A stretch of DNA of 64,000 bases from a virus (Duplodnaviria > Caudoviricetes): the IMG/VR virus record IMGVR_UViG_3300027913_000117, positions 5,750 through 69,749 of that record. The stretch is one strand, 5' to 3'. A model generated the notes under the pieces. It was not told where the DNA came from and did no database searches. It saw nothing but the letters and a program-made list of their open reading frames with translations. Positions 7,601 to 16,922 of this stretch are shown here, in pieces; positions within the stretch are counted from its first letter, which is position 1, and every line of letters starts with the position of its first letter. A program made the position numbers and the translations under genes.

Positions 7601-8374
7601 ATGGAAATCACCGCATTATGGAACGGAAATGGTACAGCTACTACCGCAAACGGTAAGTTGTACATCACTGGTAGTGTAAACAACCAGTTTCCCGGACTTG
7701 ATATTCCTTTGGTAAATAACTTAGTAAAATATGCTGGGACCAACGGAACTTCACGTCAAATCACTATTACTCCTGTTGCTGCAAACAGCACTGAGTATCG
7801 TTTGTCTTTAACATTGTTAAAGAATGAATTGAACGCACCTTTCGGATCAGCAATTGACCAAAAGTTGTTTGTGTTCACTTCTGACGCAACTGCAACCGTA
7901 ACTGAGATCGTTCAAGGTTTGGCTTCTGCAATCGTACCGGGTCTTCCTGAAGCAACTGCTTCTGGTTCATTTGGTGGATTGACAGTTACTAAAACTGGTT
8001 CTACCGGTGCTTGGACTGCTTTTGTTATCACAACCACTGTAACTGCATCTTTCGACATGAAAGCATCTAGTTTAGTAGGTAGCTTGTTAGGTGTTAACAA
8101 CGCAACTGCTAACTTCGTATTGCCTTCAGGTGTTGGTGCTGACTTGGTTGCTCAAGGTATTACTGGTGCTGCTTCCGGAACTTTGTATACCATCTACAAA
8201 GGATTCGCAGGTAAACCTGTAAATGCTGGTTCTGTAACATCTCGTATCGATAACGTACCTGTAACACTTTATTGTGCTGCTGGTTCTGACGTTATTACTG
8301 CGTTGGATGCCTTCATTGCTAATCCGTTGGCTTCTCCTGGTCAGTACGACTTGGATGACACCACTGGAGCTTAA
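7601..8374 (+). CDS. putative auxiliary capsid / decoration protein
   Basis: 257 aa, Ala/Thr/Gly-rich beta-type composition, same codon bias as MCP, co-terminated at 8387. Confidence 0.6.
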   Translation: MEITALWNGNGTATTANGKLYITGSVNNQFPGLDIPLVNNLVKYAGTNGTSRQITITPVAANSTEYRLSLTLLKNELNAPFGSAIDQKLFVFTSDATATVTEIVQGLASAIVPGLPEATASGSFGGLTVTKTGSTGAWTAFVITTTVTASFDMKASSLVGSLLGVNNATANFVLPSGVGADLVAQGITGAASGTLYTIYKGFAGKPVNAGSVTSRIDNVPVTLYCAAGSDVITALDAFIANPLASPGQYDLDDTTGA

Positions 8375-8386
8375 TCCAAATCATAC

Positions 8387-8411
8387 GGGGGTCTCAGGAC
8401 CCCCTTATTTT
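8387..8411 (+). terminator. Rho-independent terminator
   Basis: GGGGGTC-TCAG-GACCCCC followed by TTATTTT. Confidence 0.85.
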
Positions 8412-8431
8412 AATTACAATCAAACTATTAT

Positions 8432-9310
8432 ATGATAAGAAAAATGTTCCTAGACCCTATGTCACCAAAAGGGTCAACTACCTTAACAGGAAGTTACAAA
8501 GACAAACCAACCAGACGAGTATTATTTCTTGTCGATGAAGGAAAGAGAGTAGTAACAGACGAGGAGTCTGAGTACCACAGAGAGTTTAACGTAACCGTTA
8601 CTGACGGTCAACCTTACGTGTTTGAGTATGATGACGAGTCAATTGAAGATTTGGCTGTTATCGACTTCTTTAAAAACCATCCATTATGTCTTTCTGACGG
8701 ATACCAAAACCCTAACTTAGCAGTAGGTAAGTTCCGCGTTAGACTTGAACATGAGAGAATCGAATTGGAAATCTCTAAGTTGGAAAAGAACTTAGAAATT
8801 GCTCTGAAGGTGTTGTCCATGTCTTTTGAAGACAAGTATGATTTGGCTTTCGCTTTGGGAATCAATCCTAAAGGAATGACACATTCAGACCTCATCGTTC
8901 GCTTATTGGGATCTAATTTGTTGGGTGTAGCTGTTGAAGATTCTAAAACCTTTGACATTTTCTACAACTCTATGGATTCCAACAAGAAAGCATTGGTTTA
9001 CGCGAATAAAGCAGTTGCTTTAGGTATCGTATCCAGCGAAGGTGGTTACTACAAAGTAGGCGGTAGAACAATTGGTACTACTATCAAAGACGTGGTTGAT
9101 ACTTGTTTGAGCGATAAAGAATTCTTCTTGGGATTCATCGTTCCTGAAGTAGATAAAAAATACACCACTCCTGCTGAAAAGCAAGACGATTACAAACAAG
9201 TTCCAGAAATCGTAGCGACTGAAATCGAAGCTCGCAGCGAAGAACTGGCTCCAGATCCTAGCGCAGTGTTGGTTGAAAAGAAACCCGCTCCAAGAGGTAG
9301 AAGAAAATAA
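8432..9310 (+). CDS. conserved capsid-module protein of unknown function (292 aa)
   Basis: Long ORF at the position following MCP/aux capsid in crAss-like head modules. Confidence 0.6.
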   Translation: MIRKMFLDPMSPKGSTTLTGSYKDKPTRRVLFLVDEGKRVVTDEESEYHREFNVTVTDGQPYVFEYDDESIEDLAVIDFFKNHPLCLSDGYQNPNLAVGKFRVRLEHERIELEISKLEKNLEIALKVLSMSFEDKYDLAFALGINPKGMTHSDLIVRLLGSNLLGVAVEDSKTFDIFYNSMDSNKKALVYANKAVALGIVSSEGGYYKVGGRTIGTTIKDVVDTCLSDKEFFLGFIVPEVDKKYTTPAEKQDDYKQVPEIVATEIEARSEELAPDPSAVLVEKKPAPRGRRK

Positions 9311-9319
9311 AAAAGAAAG

Positions 9320-9344
9320 TGGGGTCTCCGGACCCCATTATTTT
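9320..9344 (+). terminator. Rho-independent terminator
   Basis: TGGGGTC-TCCG-GACCCCA followed by TTATTTT. Confidence 0.85.
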
Positions 9345-9358
9345 AACTTAGAGAGCCT

Positions 9359-9961
9359 ATGATAGGGAAACAAATGAGTGGCGAATGTTTACTATGTGGT
9401 AAACATAGAGTTTTTGGTAATAAGAGTAAAAGATACTGCATTCAGTGTAATAAGAACTTACTCAGAGAGAAAAAGGCACACAAGAAAAAGAAGCTAAAGT
9501 TAGCTAGAGAGGCGGTTAAAACTCAAGCAGAATTAGACCGCGTAACATCATGGCTTGTTAGAGAGTTGTATCCATCTTGTTGTCCTCATTGTGGTGTAGA
9601 GTTAAATGTGTCTAATTCAAACTGTGGTCATTTTGTAAGTAGAACTAAGATATCTACAAGGTTTTCTTTGAAAAACATGGTAGCTGTTGACAGGTATTGT
9701 AATTTTTATCGACCAGAGCATGCATACTCTATTGGAAAATACTTAGATAAGTTTTGGGGAGATGGTACTGCCGAAGAACAAATCTTATTAGGTAATAAGA
9801 AACTAAAACTAACTGGTCACGATAGAAAGTTTATATATGACTTATACAAAACATATCTAGACCTGGCTCAAGGAAGAGAACACACACAAGAAGAAAAATT
9901 TCAAATACTTAAAAAAGTCCAGTCCGAATATGAGACGTTTGTAAAAAATCTACTGATATAG
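9359..9961 (+). CDS. NinG/Rap-like HNH-fold endonuclease with N-terminal zinc finger
   Basis: CLLC...CIQC; CPHCG...NCGHFVSR...TRF..KN......CN pattern typical of NinG-family beta-beta-alpha-metal nucleases. Confidence 0.7.
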   Translation: MIGKQMSGECLLCGKHRVFGNKSKRYCIQCNKNLLREKKAHKKKKLKLAREAVKTQAELDRVTSWLVRELYPSCCPHCGVELNVSNSNCGHFVSRTKISTRFSLKNMVAVDRYCNFYRPEHAYSIGKYLDKFWGDGTAEEQILLGNKKLKLTGHDRKFIYDLYKTYLDLAQGREHTQEEKFQILKKVQSEYETFVKNLLI

Positions 9962-9976
9962 AAGAATTTTGGTTGT

Positions 9977-10007
9977 TTTGTAATCACGTAATTTTTTAGT
10001 ATCTTCG
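9977..10007 (+). promoter_or_regulatory. Bacteroidota promoter variant upstream of ring-protein genes
   Basis: TTTG-N19-TATCTTCG. Confidence 0.55.
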
Positions 10008-10011
10008 CATT

Positions 10012-10797
10012 ATGACAGGTGCTGAATTTTACCTACAACTTCAACAAAAGTACGATAAGGCTTATAGTCAATATCTTGACACAACCAAAGCCAATCGTCT
10101 TATTAAGGAAGCCATGTATAGGCTCGTTGATAAGTTGTGCGCTGTTCTCGATACTCAAAAGGAATACGATGAACTAAGCGAGTTGTTGAAGTATGATGTA
10201 AGCAGACCTGTTTCTGGAAGTATTAGTGTACAACCTACTGATTACTACCATCTCACAAGGATGGCTTTTGTTTTTACAAGACAGATTACCTTTGACGCGA
10301 TTGCCGGAACAACTGTGGCAGCAACTAAGCACGGTTTGAGACCTGGTGACAAATTGAGTGAAGTTCTTGATGGTAGCGGTACAATCAGAACTGTTACTTC
10401 TGTGAGTAAAAGCGGCTTTAAAGTAGACAGTACGTTTCTACCCGGAACCGTAGGTATTTACCAAGTTTTGACATTTGAAGCGAGTCCTAGTACTTCTGAT
10501 AAAAAGCAACCTGCTCTTTCTAAAGCAACTAATGAAAATCCTAAATATTGGACGGGGGTCTCAGGAACCGACAGAGTATTCCACTTGGCTCCGCAACCCA
10601 AGTCAATTATTATCGATTACGTTACTGTTCCTCCAGTCAATATTGACGTATCTAATAGCTCAACTCTATTAACCGATACCTATACTCAAAAGTTCTTATA
10701 TCGATTGATGGACGAATGTGTTTATTCTGTAGCTACTGAAACCAGAGACTATCAAAATAAACAATCAACCGCACAAACAATAATTGACAATCCGTAA
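10012..10797 (+). CDS. head-tail ring / adaptor protein
   Basis: 261 aa; first of three translationally coupled 160-260 aa genes preceding the muzzle gene. Confidence 0.55.
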   Translation: MTGAEFYLQLQQKYDKAYSQYLDTTKANRLIKEAMYRLVDKLCAVLDTQKEYDELSELLKYDVSRPVSGSISVQPTDYYHLTRMAFVFTRQITFDAIAGTTVAATKHGLRPGDKLSEVLDGSGTIRTVTSVSKSGFKVDSTFLPGTVGIYQVLTFEASPSTSDKKQPALSKATNENPKYWTGVSGTDRVFHLAPQPKSIIIDYVTVPPVNIDVSNSSTLLTDTYTQKFLYRLMDECVYSVATETRDYQNKQSTAQTIIDNP

Positions 10798-11441
10798 TGT
10801 TTTTACTTTCTGAAATAATCGATGAGATAAAAAAAGGTTTAGGGAATGGTGTTTCAGCAGATGAGTCACGATTTGAAAACTTATTCATCGAAAATAAAAT
10901 TGCCGGTGCTCGTGCTGTAATTATTTCCAACTACCTTAACCGAGGAGGAATTGATTGGTTAAATGAAAGCTGGGTCCAGACCGTTGATATCGACTATGTT
11001 GAAAGAGATGTAGACTGTGGTGTTGTAAAGTTTGAGTGTCCGAGTGTAATTACATTGGACTCACATAACGATGGCTTTATTTACGTAGGTCATGTAAGTG
11101 GTTTGAAGCCTTTCTTGAGATTGAGAAAGTCATTTACAACATTGACTATGCACAGTGTATTTAAAAACAGCAAAAATATATTCTGGGATTTCCAAAACGG
11201 AGAGTTAGGTAAACAACAAATCCACATCCATAATAATTTCAGATTGGAGAAGTTGAAGATCAGAGGTGTATTTAATAACCCTTCTGATGTTCCCGGTTTT
11301 AGAAAAGACGTTGATTTGTATCCAGTGGATGCGAATGTTAAAAAGGACATTGTCGAAATGGTAGTATTGGATTTATTAAAAGGATCCAGAGTAGTACCTG
11401 ATTACATTTCTGACAGTCAAGATAAACCAACAACTAAATAA
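10797..11441 (+). CDS. tail ring protein
   Basis: 214 aa, TAATG coupling, synteny. Confidence 0.55.
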   Translation: MFLLSEIIDEIKKGLGNGVSADESRFENLFIENKIAGARAVIISNYLNRGGIDWLNESWVQTVDIDYVERDVDCGVVKFECPSVITLDSHNDGFIYVGHVSGLKPFLRLRKSFTTLTMHSVFKNSKNIFWDFQNGELGKQQIHIHNNFRLEKLKIRGVFNNPSDVPGFRKDVDLYPVDANVKKDIVEMVVLDLLKGSRVVPDYISDSQDKPTTK

Positions 11442-11443
11442 GA

Positions 11444-11938
11444 ATGAAGAAGACAGACGTAATTGCTGCAGCGTGTGAAGAGCTTGGTGTTAGTTACGAA
11501 AACAACGCATTGTGGTTTGAAATATTAATCAACCAGGCTATAAAGACATTTAATACAGCTACTAAGTTCGATCTTTACGAAGAATGCGTAGAGGTTATTG
11601 ATCACAGAGCATGTCTTCCTGAAAACTTCATGAAGCTGATGAGTGTGAAGAACAAACAAGGTGCTTGTTATTTCGAAGGACCGGACTACTCAATACAAGG
11701 CAGATACGTTATCTTCAGTAGTTTGTTGGATATTCCTGTTGATTGGGAAGTTCGCATTAAGTACTTCGGTCTCGCAATGGATGAGGACGGAGAAGTTTAT
11801 CTTCCGGAAAAGTGGGAACGTATGTTGGTTTCATATATTTGTTACAAATACGCACGCAAGTATCACAAGGATTACCCTGCTTATATCGTACAGGATTATA
11901 AGAGAGAATTCGCAAATCAAAAAGCAGCAAACGGATAA
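11444..11938 (+). CDS. tail ring / tubular protein
   Basis: 164 aa, synteny. Confidence 0.5.
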   Translation: MKKTDVIAAACEELGVSYENNALWFEILINQAIKTFNTATKFDLYEECVEVIDHRACLPENFMKLMSVKNKQGACYFEGPDYSIQGRYVIFSSLLDIPVDWEVRIKYFGLAMDEDGEVYLPEKWERMLVSYICYKYARKYHKDYPAYIVQDYKREFANQKAANG

Positions 11939-14900
11939 TGCAAGTAAGAGTTACACCAAACGGAATATTAGATAAGGATACTGAAGTTTCTTACGTAGGA
12001 AAAGGAAACTATACTGACGGATTAAATATTCGCCATCGCGGAGTTGATTCCAATGGAAATGACTTCGGTGGTGTTGTTGCAGTAAAGGGTAATACATTAA
12101 GTGTAACTCTTCCAAACTATTCTCCAGAGACTCAGACCTATCGTGTTTATATCGATGTTGAAGATATTTTCAATGGATCGTCTGGTGGACCGTTAGCTAA
12201 TATTTATGTTGAAAATTCAGCCGGTGTCAGATTCTCAAAATTAAATGTCAACTACGGATCCGCAAATCTTTCAGCAGCAGTTTCGGTAGTTCAGTCTGAC
12301 CTTAATTACTTGGCTAATTTGTTGTTTGGTGGAACATTTACGTTTTCAGCAACCACAGTTACTAAGATAATTTCAGCAACCGACATTGCTGGATATTTTG
12401 ACGTTACAACTTCTGCAGTAAATTCGTTTACTTTAATTGTTGACAACGTAACCGGTGTGTATGCTGATTTCAAAAAGACACGTGAATATCACAACCAATC
12501 AGGATCTTTCGAAATTGTAGGTTCTATTCAGTTAGATGACGATATGTTTGTTTTCTTAGCCGGTGACGACAAGAATGCAGATGGCTCATCTATCATTTCA
12601 GAGATTGGAAATATCTACCCTTCTGGTTCCGGGTATACTTACACAAAGTTGTTGCGGTCTCAGAAACTAAGATTCCATACCGAGAGAAAGCACGATACTC
12701 AAATAGAAAGAGTAGGTGACCAAATAAACATCTACACTACAGATAACTTCACATCACCGAAAGTAATTTATATCGACGAGTCAAAGAAAAGAACAACTGA
12801 TGGATTGCTTTTTTCAAACAATGGCCGATATGACTTAGACACAATAGGAATAGAAATGAGTCTGTTCTTAAATGTTGAATCTGCGTATATCGGTGACATC
12901 GAAGTGTTGGAAGGAGACGGTAACGTAAAGGCGGGCAACAAAAGATACATAGGACGATTCTTAACTGAAGACTTAGTCCCTACTGATTTCTTGTATCCTA
13001 CCAACATAATAAACATTTACGGAGAGAGTCCTTCTCGTCCATTTAAGATATTCGGAAACCCCACAGACTTTGTAACCAACAAGGCTGTTAAGATGAACGT
13101 GAAGAACATCACACCTGGTATTTTCAAGTACTTTGAATTGGGCGTGATTGAGTACGCAGGAACAACATTCACAGCTAAGATTGTTCAAAGATTCCCTGTT
13201 GGAGAAAACGATAATGAAATCGAAGTAAGACACGACGAACGTGGACAAGATAATATTCAATTATCCACAGAAGAACTTATTGCTGCAACCCAGAAGTACG
13301 CGAAGTCGAAAAACTTAAGACTTTACGACGGAAGATTGACATTGAGTAATTTAACCACTCAGGAAGACATCGATATTTCCGGCTGGGCTCAGACAATCGG
13401 ACACTCTATTGAGCAAGACTTCATAGACGGTGTTGGTCAAGCATTCAGTTTCCCTACGGACTTAACCAATGCAGAAGCAGGATATAAGTTCGGCGAGTAT
13501 CAGGATCCACAAAACACACTTAACAAGTTAGGGTATTTCTACAACGACACGTATCGTTTCGGTATTCAAGTACAATGGAAAGATACAGGTAAATGGAGTT
13601 CTCCTTTTTGGGTTGACGATATTCGTATTGATGCTTTAACATACAATATTTATAGTGGTGGTAGTGCTTACGATAGAAGAGAACCTTCCATTGGCGGTGT
13701 GGATACAAACTTACAAGACTCTAACGGAAGGACCAAGGTTTATTATGTTAAGTTCAGAAATATCGACTTAACTAAAGATAAAGACGGATTGAATGTTGGA
13801 ACTAAAATGAGAGAGTTGATCTCTGGTTTTAGATTTGTAAGAAGTGAACGCATACCTGAAGTATTAGCTACCGGTATGTTCTTTGCTGGTTATGAACCTG
13901 CATTCGGTAGAACTACACCTGCACCGCTGGCTCCTTTTTTTGGTTTGACTAAACCAACTCATTGGAAGAATGAAGGTGATTATTTAACTACATCTCAATC
14001 TCTTGCTGTTGCTTACGATACAGGCTCGGGTATAATAAATTTAGCAAACTCTGGAGGTGGTTCTGGAGCAACTGATAATTCAAACTATGTATTTTTCTAT
14101 AGTCCGGATTTTTATTTAAACAATCTGACTTATGAGTATTCTTCTTCTGATTCTGTTAAATTATTAGCAACTCCTACTTATAGGTTGATGAGTAGCGGAT
14201 TCTCGCAAGCAAAACAGTTGAGTATTTCTGGAGGATCCGGGAATCATTCTGCTTTTCAAGAATATAGTGGTAATTTTAGTTTAACTACACAAGAGTATAC
14301 AAATATCGCAATAACCCATTCTGCTACATTACTTAATGAAGATGTGGTTAGTTTGGATTCAAAAAATATAGCGAACGCTTTTGATTATTATTATACAACG
14401 GGGGGCTCAACAAGTGTCTATTTAACCGCTAAAAATACACCAGCGATTGCATTTAAACTATCAAGTAAGGCTCACGGTAACACAGCTGTTGTAGATAAAG
14501 GTTATTGGTATGGTCAACTATTTAGAAACTTAGGAGCTAACAGAAAGTACCCAGCCAATAAAGAACTGAGTTCTTACGGCTCTACTGGGCACATTTATTT
14601 TATACCTGAAGGATTGGATAGTTTATCTGAAGTTTCTATCTTCGGTGGAGATTGTTTTACACAAAAAACAATTATACCAATGACAAGGCTTTCTCATAAT
14701 TCTGATCTCAGAGGTGGGGGATACGGTATTTCTTTTTATTCTCAGAATAAAAGTAACACTCAAATGTTCACTGTTCAGGATCACAATAACGAGTTCGCAG
14801 GTCCTGGTTATATTTTTCCACAATACTTAGATAAATCTGGACAAAATGGATCCTCGTTCCTTTCTAACCCAAACTACCTATCTGGGGCATATATTGGTCA

Positions 14901-16146
14901 GAGTCTACAAGACGGTTCAATAGGTAAAGGATTATTTTATTGGCTTGAACAATGGCCGGAGGTTTCTAATCAAAACAATTACGATCAAGGGTACGATTCA
15001 AACGATGGTGTGATTACTGAGCAAGGATACGACCAAAATGCAAAAGTTCTTAGTTCGATGCCTACAAGAATTGCATGGTCTTCCAAAAAGATAACGGGGT
15101 CTCAGAAAGACGACTATAGAATCTTCCAACCATTAAACTTCGCAGACTTAGATTACACACATGGAGAAATAACACACCATGAAGTAGTAAACAATTCATT
15201 CTACACAATACAAGAAAGAAGCGTACAAAGACAATACTTTAGAGATGCCTCATTAGTAGGTGGACGAGAGGGAACAGATATAGTGATTGGCTCAGGATCA
15301 ATACTTGCTGCACCCGGTGTCGAATTGACATCGATTGGTTCGTCTAAAAAAGAATCAGTAGTCAAAGGGAAGAACCCTAATGGAAAAGATACTTTGTATT
15401 GGTATAACGACCGGTTACAGAAGTTAGTAAGATTGGCCGGAGACGGTGTAAGCGTTATCAGTGACAGAGGTCTGTCCACTTATTTAATTAACAATGGGAA
15501 ATTTATCTCGCAAGAATTTTATCCTCTATCTGGTAGAGGGGTGCATGGTGTTTGGAATGATCGCTATGGGGAAGCTATTTTTACTTTTAAATACAACGAT
15601 GGAGTTAGCAACAAAGCTTTCACAGTGGTGTATGACGAAATTAAAAATGGGTTTGTATCATTTCACAGCTATACCCCTAACATTTATTTCCCTTACAACA
15701 ACACATTTTTCTCGCCTAACCCTTCGGCAAAGAATACTATTTATATTCATGACGGAGCTAGTAGTGTTACTTTTTACGGTACTAGTTTTGATTCTTTTAT
15801 AGAAATGGTAATGAATTATGATCCAAACATTTCGAAGTATTATGAAGCGGTACAAATCAACTCAGAAGAGGTTCCTACCAATGGTCCAGCTGTTAAAGCT
15901 ATGACTTTTGAAACTAGCAACCATGTGAGTTATTTAGATACCGGTGACTTCGAGTTAAGGGAGGATTTGTATTACAGTCCAATCAAAAATGACTCTACGG
16001 GAACAGGAATCAATTCTGGTGATAATAGTAGATTATTCGGAAGATGGCTTAAATTGAAAATTAACTTGACAAACGCGTCGGGGCTTCAGAAACTAATAAA
16101 CTCAATCGTAAAGTTCAGAACCTCAGCACGTTTGTATAATCAATAA
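11938..16146 (+). CDS. tail muzzle / stabilization protein (P22 gp10-like role)
   Basis: 1402 aa beta-rich protein after ring genes; N-terminal LDKDT...NYTDGLNIR and C-terminal propeller-like region typical of podovirus nozzle proteins. Confidence 0.65.
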   Translation: MQVRVTPNGILDKDTEVSYVGKGNYTDGLNIRHRGVDSNGNDFGGVVAVKGNTLSVTLPNYSPETQTYRVYIDVEDIFNGSSGGPLANIYVENSAGVRFSKLNVNYGSANLSAAVSVVQSDLNYLANLLFGGTFTFSATTVTKIISATDIAGYFDVTTSAVNSFTLIVDNVTGVYADFKKTREYHNQSGSFEIVGSIQLDDDMFVFLAGDDKNADGSSIISEIGNIYPSGSGYTYTKLLRSQKLRFHTERKHDTQIERVGDQINIYTTDNFTSPKVIYIDESKKRTTDGLLFSNNGRYDLDTIGIEMSLFLNVESAYIGDIEVLEGDGNVKAGNKRYIGRFLTEDLVPTDFLYPTNIINIYGESPSRPFKIFGNPTDFVTNKAVKMNVKNITPGIFKYFELGVIEYAGTTFTAKIVQRFPVGENDNEIEVRHDERGQDNIQLSTEELIAATQKYAKSKNLRLYDGRLTLSNLTTQEDIDISGWAQTIGHSIEQDFIDGVGQAFSFPTDLTNAEAGYKFGEYQDPQNTLNKLGYFYNDTYRFGIQVQWKDTGKWSSPFWVDDIRIDALTYNIYSGGSAYDRREPSIGGVDTNLQDSNGRTKVYYVKFRNIDLTKDKDGLNVGTKMRELISGFRFVRSERIPEVLATGMFFAGYEPAFGRTTPAPLAPFFGLTKPTHWKNEGDYLTTSQSLAVAYDTGSGIINLANSGGGSGATDNSNYVFFYSPDFYLNNLTYEYSSSDSVKLLATPTYRLMSSGFSQAKQLSISGGSGNHSAFQEYSGNFSLTTQEYTNIAITHSATLLNEDVVSLDSKNIANAFDYYYTTGGSTSVYLTAKNTPAIAFKLSSKAHGNTAVVDKGYWYGQLFRNLGANRKYPANKELSSYGSTGHIYFIPEGLDSLSEVSIFGGDCFTQKTIIPMTRLSHNSDLRGGGYGISFYSQNKSNTQMFTVQDHNNEFAGPGYIFPQYLDKSGQNGSSFLSNPNYLSGAYIGQSLQDGSIGKGLFYWLEQWPEVSNQNNYDQGYDSNDGVITEQGYDQNAKVLSSMPTRIAWSSKKITGSQKDDYRIFQPLNFADLDYTHGEITHHEVVNNSFYTIQERSVQRQYFRDASLVGGREGTDIVIGSGSILAAPGVELTSIGSSKKESVVKGKNPNGKDTLYWYNDRLQKLVRLAGDGVSVISDRGLSTYLINNGKFISQEFYPLSGRGVHGVWNDRYGEAIFTFKYNDGVSNKAFTVVYDEIKNGFVSFHSYTPNIYFPYNNTFFSPNPSAKNTIYIHDGASSVTFYGTSFDSFIEMVMNYDPNISKYYEAVQINSEEVPTNGPAVKAMTFETSNHVSYLDTGDFELREDLYYSPIKNDSTGTGINSGDNSRLFGRWLKLKINLTNASGLQKLINSIVKFRTSARLYNQ

Positions 16147-16162
16147 AAATTAACTATATTTG
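16131..16162 (+). promoter_or_regulatory. Bacteroidota promoter
   Basis: TTTG(16131-4)-N20-TATATTTG(16155-62). Confidence 0.75.
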
Positions 16163-16168
16163 TAAAAA

Positions 16169-16921
16169 ATGGGACCATTAGCATACATACCACAAGCAGC
16201 ACTTGGAGTAGCACAATCTGCGATTGCGTATAATCAGTTACAAAAGTTGAGAAATCAACCATTACCGAAATACGATACCTCTCAAGCAAGTAAGAATGTT
16301 GCAATGTATGAGCAAAGATTCAGAGAGGGGATGAGTGCAGATGAGATTGCGGCAATGGATCGTCAGTTTGCCAGTTCTCAAGCAGGATTTTATCGCCAGG
16401 CGGCCGATAATTCCAGAGGTCAACTTTCTAATTTCTTGGGAAGAGTTAGTGCGTTGGATAGAGCACGTTACGCAACACAACTTGGTAGTGCTATGGCTCA
16501 AGAAAGACGCGCAGCAATGTCTGGTTTAGCGGGAGCAAGACAAGGATTGGAATCTCAGTTGAATGCACAAACTCGTTTTGAACAACAGCGCAGAATGCAG
16601 GAAGAGCAAGCATTAGGTCAGGCAATTCAATCCGGTTTATATAATGTGGGTAATGCTGCAACTTTTGGGTTGTATGGACTTGGTAAAAATGCACTAGGTG
16701 GAGGTACTGGATCTGAGATGACAACAGAACCAACAGGTAGCTCATTTAATCCTGTAAACCCTGAAAATACATTTTACCCAAGATTGGCGGGGCCTCAGAC
16801 ATCACAACAATACATGTCAGCAGGTGTACCAGAAGGCACAACATCAGATTATTATAACTCTTATGCTCCCGGTTACGGAAGTAATAAATTAAACATGTTT
16901 AGAACCCCAGCAAATTTCTAA
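16169..16921 (+). CDS. putative ejection (cargo) protein 1
   Basis: 250 aa, Ala/Gln-rich helical with Gly-rich hydrophobic segments, follows nozzle gene. Confidence 0.55.
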   Translation: MGPLAYIPQAALGVAQSAIAYNQLQKLRNQPLPKYDTSQASKNVAMYEQRFREGMSADEIAAMDRQFASSQAGFYRQAADNSRGQLSNFLGRVSALDRARYATQLGSAMAQERRAAMSGLAGARQGLESQLNAQTRFEQQRRMQEEQALGQAIQSGLYNVGNAATFGLYGLGKNALGGGTGSEMTTEPTGSSFNPVNPENTFYPRLAGPQTSQQYMSAGVPEGTTSDYYNSYAPGYGSNKLNMFRTPANF

Positions 16922-16922
16922 T

